Assembly (NCBI GenBank): GCA_965223545.1
Contig: OZ245006.1
Span: 7,808,001-7,872,000 of the forward strand
Length of the DNA stretch: 64,000 nucleotides
Source of the DNA: Planctomycetota bacterium
Lineage (GTDB): Bacteria; Planctomycetota; UBA1135; UBA2386
Direction: 5' to 3'
In this document: one piece after another, positions 60,247-64,000 of the stretch
Position numbering within the stretch: position 1 is the first letter of the stretch
Layout: every line of letters starts with the position of its first letter
Notes under the pieces: generated by a model
Databases searched by the model: none
Told to the model about the DNA's origin: nothing
Seen by the model: the letters and a program-made list of their open reading frames with translations, nothing else
Position numbers and translations under genes: made by a program

Positions 60247-62118
60247 TCATTGGACCACGACGCGCAGCACGTTGCTCGCGCTGAGCAGGGCGCCACTGCA
60301 GGCCGCCGGGTTGATCCAGGCGAACTGGAAGCTCGCGCTCGCCCCTGCGGGAACCGTCGCGAGCGGCAGCGGCACGGTGATCGTCGTCGGCGCGCCGGGA
60401 ATCGGCAGCGCCAACGAGAACGGCAGCAGATGGCTCCCGAGGATCGGTTGCAGCGGGCCGCACGACGCGGTGACGTCCACCAGCAGCGCGCCACTCGGCG
60501 GAGTCGTGCCCGCCGCCGGCATGCCCGAGCAGCGCAGGGCGCACGCGGTGCTGCCACTCGCCGGCCACGCAGTGACTCCGGTGAACAGGCGCGCGCCACA
60601 GGTCGGCGAGTCGAGCGCGCAGCGCTGCGCTCCCGCCGGCAGCAAGTTGAAGCGCGCGACGGTGATGTCCCAGCCACCTGAGTGCGGATTGGTGGCAAAC
60701 GGGACCGTGGCCTGCGCGGCGCCGGCCCACACGATGCCGCCGAGCGGATCGGGCGCCGCCGCGAGGAGAGCGGTGTAGGTGGTGCCCGGCGTACCGAAGA
60801 AGCTGGCGTACTGGATGCGATCCGCCGCGGGGTCGAACTGCGCGACGAACGAGCACGGCAGCGCGCCGCTCTGCACGGTGCAGGGTTGTGTTGGCTGTAG
60901 GCTTCCCGCGTTCGTACCCGGCAGCGTGGCGGAGGCCGTCGAGCCGACCAGCGTCACCAACCCCGCGGCGTCGACCGAGATCCCGTTGCCGCCGTCGTCG
61001 CGGCCGCCGCCGTAGTAGGTTCCCCAGACGACCTGGCCGGAGCCCGCGCGTCGCGGGTCGAGGCCGAACACGAACGCGTCGTAGACGCTGGCCAAGAGCG
61101 GCTGTGGTGCCCCCGCCGTCACCGGCAGATCAGCGGACCGCGTGTGTCCGGTGATCCAGAGGACGCCGTTGTGCTCGGCCAGGGCGTTGCCGTTTTCGAG
61201 CAGTGTGCCGCCGAAGTAGGTCGACCACACGAGCTGGCTCGCCGGCGGCAGGGAGGGGTCCAGCTGGCAGAGCACGACGTCGGTCGCGCCGCCCGAGAAC
61301 TGGCGTTGGAACGCGTTGGCGGTGGTGGGAAAGGCGTTGGAGTCGGTTTCCGCGAGCACCGTGACGACGCCGCGGGCATCGACGTGCAGGTCGCTGGGCG
61401 TCAAGGCGGGCTCGCTCCCCGCGCTGCCGAGATAGGTCGAGTAGCGCATTGCAGCGCGACCGGCGATGTTGGGGTCGAAGTGGGTCACGAACAGGTCCGG
61501 CGGGCCCGGCGCCGCCGTCGCCCACGCATTGGCGGTGGTGGGAAAGTCGGACGATGTGGTCTTGCCGTGGACCCAGATCGAGCCGGTGCGATCGGTGTGC
61601 ACGTCGGAGGCATCGTCGTCGCCGCCGCCACCGAGGAACGTGGCGTAGCGCAACGCGCCGCCTTTGGCGTCGAGCACGGCGACGAACGCGTCGAGTCCCG
61701 GCGCCAGCGACGCTTGTGTCGCGGTGCTCGTGGTCACGGGGAAATCGGCGGAACTGGTGGCACCCGCGATGACCACGCGTCCCGTGACCGGATCATGGCA
61801 GACCGCGTTGGCCCAATCGTCGCGGTTGCCGCCGAGAGTCACGGTCCAGAGCACGGCTCCGGCCGGCGACAGATGGGCGACCAGCGCGTCCTGTGCGCCG
61901 GCAGTGGGCTGAGTGGTGGTCGAACCGACGACGAAGCTGCTGCCGTCATCGAGGGCGCACACGCCCCTGGTGGACCAGCAGACCTCGTCGCCGGCTCCGC
62001 CGACGTGAACCGCCCAATCGATCCCTCCGTTTTGCGCCGCGGCGAAGGCGTTCGAGAGTGCGAGGCACAGGCCGATGCGGGCGCCCGTGCAGAAGCCGCC
62101 AGGTTGTCTTGTCGTCAT
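60247..62118 (-). CDS. Secreted SBBP beta-propeller repeat protein
   Basis: YSTY.GG...D, G.T.S.DFP.T repeats. Confidence 0.85.
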   Translation of the reverse strand: MTTRQPGGFCTGARIGLCLALSNAFAAAQNGGIDWAVHVGGAGDEVCWSTRGVCALDDGSSFVVGSTTTQPTAGAQDALVAHLSPAGAVLWTVTLGGNRDDWANAVCHDPVTGRVVIAGATSSADFPVTTSTATQASLAPGLDAFVAVLDAKGGALRYATFLGGGGDDDASDVHTDRTGSIWVHGKTTSSDFPTTANAWATAAPGPPDLFVTHFDPNIAGRAAMRYSTYLGSAGSEPALTPSDLHVDARGVVTVLAETDSNAFPTTANAFQRQFSGGATDVVLCQLDPSLPPASQLVWSTYFGGTLLENGNALAEHNGVLWITGHTRSADLPVTAGAPQPLLASVYDAFVFGLDPRRAGSGQVVWGTYYGGGRDDGGNGISVDAAGLVTLVGSTASATLPGTNAGSLQPTQPCTVQSGALPCSFVAQFDPAADRIQYASFFGTPGTTYTALLAAAPDPLGGIVWAGAAQATVPFATNPHSGGWDITVARFNLLPAGAQRCALDSPTCGARLFTGVTAWPASGSTACALRCSGMPAAGTTPPSGALLVDVTASCGPLQPILGSHLLPFSLALPIPGAPTTITVPLPLATVPAGASASFQFAWINPAACSGALLSASNVLRVVVQ

Positions 62119-62228
62119 GGTTGCTGCCCAAGGAGCAATTGGCGGGGGATGTTTCACGCGATCTCGTGTTTCGGCCGGGGCGCGGATCCAAGGCGCCGGC
62201 GCGGCGCGGAGATAAACTCCGGCGCACA

Positions 62229-62888
62229 GTGGATCCCACAAGGTCGAGCGTCGGGCCCGAGCAGGGCGATGGGCTGGTCGCTGCGGCGCAGCGCGGCGAG
62301 CCGGGCGCCATCGACGCGCTGATCGCGGCGCATCTCGACGACCTACGGGCCTACGTGCGTCTGCAGCTGGATCCGCGGCTGCGCGTTCGGGAGTCGAGTT
62401 CCGACGTGGTGCAGTCGGTTTGTCGCGAGGTGCTCCGCGATCTGCCGCGCTTCGGCGACCGCGGCCCCGGGGCGTTCCGCGCTTGGCTGTTTGCGGCCGC
62501 GCTCAACAAGATCCGGCGCAAGCGCGCGTTTCACCGGGCTCGCAAGCGCGACGTGGGGCGTGAGGTCCGGGTCGCGAGCGGCGACCACGGCAGCGGGCCG
62601 GTGCGCGCGGGGCTGTACCTCAGCCTTGCCGGTGGCGAACCCAGTCCGAGCCAGCAGGCCATCGCCCACGAGCAGGCCGAGCGCATCGAGCGCGCGATCG
62701 ACCGGTTGCCCGCTGACTATCGGGAGGTGTTGCTGCTCGCCCGCGTCGTCGGCTTGAGTGGCCGGCAAGTGGCCGAGCGCATGGGGCGCAGCGAAGCCGC
62801 CGTGCGGACGCTGCTGACCCGAGCCGGGATTCGGCTGTTGGCGGCCTTGGAGGAACGCGATGGTGATCCCGAGACGGCGCCGGAATGA
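62229..62888 (+). CDS. ECF RNA polymerase sigma factor
   Basis: SSDVVQ, F.AWL, PSPSQ, I..LP.DYREV..L....GLS..VA.RMGRS..AVR. Confidence 0.9.
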   Translation: MDPTRSSVGPEQGDGLVAAAQRGEPGAIDALIAAHLDDLRAYVRLQLDPRLRVRESSSDVVQSVCREVLRDLPRFGDRGPGAFRAWLFAAALNKIRRKRAFHRARKRDVGREVRVASGDHGSGPVRAGLYLSLAGGEPSPSQQAIAHEQAERIERAIDRLPADYREVLLLARVVGLSGRQVAERMGRSEAAVRTLLTRAGIRLLAALEERDGDPETAPE

Positions 62889-62915
62889 TCGCGCGACGTG
62901 CGCGGACCTCAGGCC

Positions 62916-63287
62916 TCAAGCCAGCAGCCCGTCACCGCCGTCGTCGTGCCGGTCGAGCCAATCGCGCACTCTGCCGACCACGTCGGCGACGTCCGCGCCG
63001 GCCTCGATGGCGACCGACACGTGCCCGTCCGCGCGCGGAACCACGAGTTGGAAGAAGTTGCCGTAGCGGATCAAGAGGTACTTCATGCCACCGCAGTCGA
63101 TCGATCCCCGTTGGGTGGTGAGCTTGAGGAGCGTCGGGTTGACGAGGAGCTCTTCGTAGCGATCCGACTCCGCGCTGCTCGCGCCCCTCGTGTCGGCGCG
63201 GGCCACCGTTGTCAAACGTCCTCCCCGGTAGACCGCGACGTAGCGGATCGCGGCGTTCAGGTGCAACAGCTGCTCCACCAGGCGCAT
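62916..63287 (-). CDS. Small roadblock/longin-like hypothetical protein
   Basis: IRYVAVY..G, IRYG.F.Q.V.P...GH.SV..E. Confidence 0.6.
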   Translation of the reverse strand: MRLVEQLLHLNAAIRYVAVYRGGRLTTVARADTRGASSAESDRYEELLVNPTLLKLTTQRGSIDCGGMKYLLIRYGNFFQLVVPRADGHVSVAIEAGADVADVVGRVRDWLDRHDDGGDGLLA

Positions 63288-63364
63288 GGCGAGCAGTCTG
63301 TCATCTAGTCGGGCTCGCGAGAGAAGAGAATCCGGATTTCATTCGGTAGGATGAGGTGGTGGGT

Positions 63365-64000
63365 ATGAAGAACCTTGTCGCGGTCGTGATCGCGGTCGCG
63401 ATCTTCCAGGCAGCACCAGCGGCGCAAGCCCTGCTCGTGGGCGCCACCCGTGCGTATCGATCGATTCAAGACGCGGTCGACGCCGCTGCTCCGGGGCAGC
63501 TGATTCTGGTGGATCCCGGCATCTATCCCGCGGTCCGGATCGACGGCAAGGGCGTCTCGATCCTGTGCAGGGGATCGACGAGCGGCTGTTTCGGCGTGCT
63601 GAGTGGCGGAGCAGCGCCCGCCATCGAGATCGTCAACGTGCCCGCCGGGCAGTCCATGTCGTTGGTGGGGTTCACCACCGACTTCGAGACGGGCGCGGCT
63701 CCCGCCGTGAGGATCGCGCAGTGCGACGGGACGGTGAGCTTGCGGCAGGGAGGCGCGTACGGGCGGGCCGACCTTACCGGGATCAGCGCGCGCGCCGCGA
63801 TGGATCGTCGATGCTCGATCGGTCGTGCTGAGACACGTGTATGCCGGCGCGGTCGGCACCAGCGCGACGCGCGCGAGGCTGACCGCGGTGCCGGTGGCGG
63901 CGGGTGGAGGCCTCGATGCAGGGGTCCACGGGCTGTTGATCGAGCGCAGCAATGTGGTCGTGATCGCCGGTTCCGGAGCTGGATTCGACAACTTCACCGC
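63365..64000 (+). CDS. Secreted beta-helix-like protein (partial, runs off the window)
   Basis: MKNLVAVVIAV signal; YRSIQDAVDAAAPGQLILVDPGIY; absent from the ORF track because it has no stop. Confidence 0.75.
   Translation, partial: MKNLVAVVIAVAIFQAAPAAQALLVGATRAYRSIQDAVDAAAPGQLILVDPGIYPAVRIDGKGVSILCRGSTSGCFGVLSGGAAPAIEIVNVPAGQSMSLVGFTTDFETGAAPAVRIAQCDGTVSLRQGGAYGRADLTGISARAAMDRRCSIGRAETRVCRRGRHQRDAREADRGAGGGGWRPRCRGPRAVDRAQQCGRDRRFRSWIRQLHR

Overview
GC-rich window, probably from a Planctomycetota genome (inferred from the ECF sigma/Ser-Thr kinase module and the secreted Kelch/SBBP protein families). Bases 1-~44,941 are the right part of a long-tailed temperate prophage; its left end lies outside the window. 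It contains terminase, portal, head, neck and tail genes (with a -1 frameshifted tail chaperone), an RcGTA-type tail tip (DUF2460, DUF2163, NlpC/P60, tail protein), a giant repeat fibre protein, a lysis-like cassette, a minus-strand cargo operon behind an XRE repressor, an excisionase-like gene and a tyrosine integrase. The prophage ends in a displaced tRNA-Asn(GTT) 3' half (att site). Bases ~45,000-64,000 are host genes, including an IS630 insertion. The most unusual observations are: (1) a structured non-coding region downstream of the early promoter, with 3-4 covarying bulged-hairpin repeats and a terminator; (2) a PAS sensor domain fused to a membrane protein at the end of the lysis-like cassette; (3) a miniature ice-nucleation-protein homologue; (4) a half CysRS in the phage; (5) a Panacea-Doc toxin-antitoxin pair between two duplicated distal-tail genes; (6) a hairpin-rich capsid leader whose loops are complementary to the bulges of the RNA repeats. 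All family assignments come from motif recognition by eye, not database searches.
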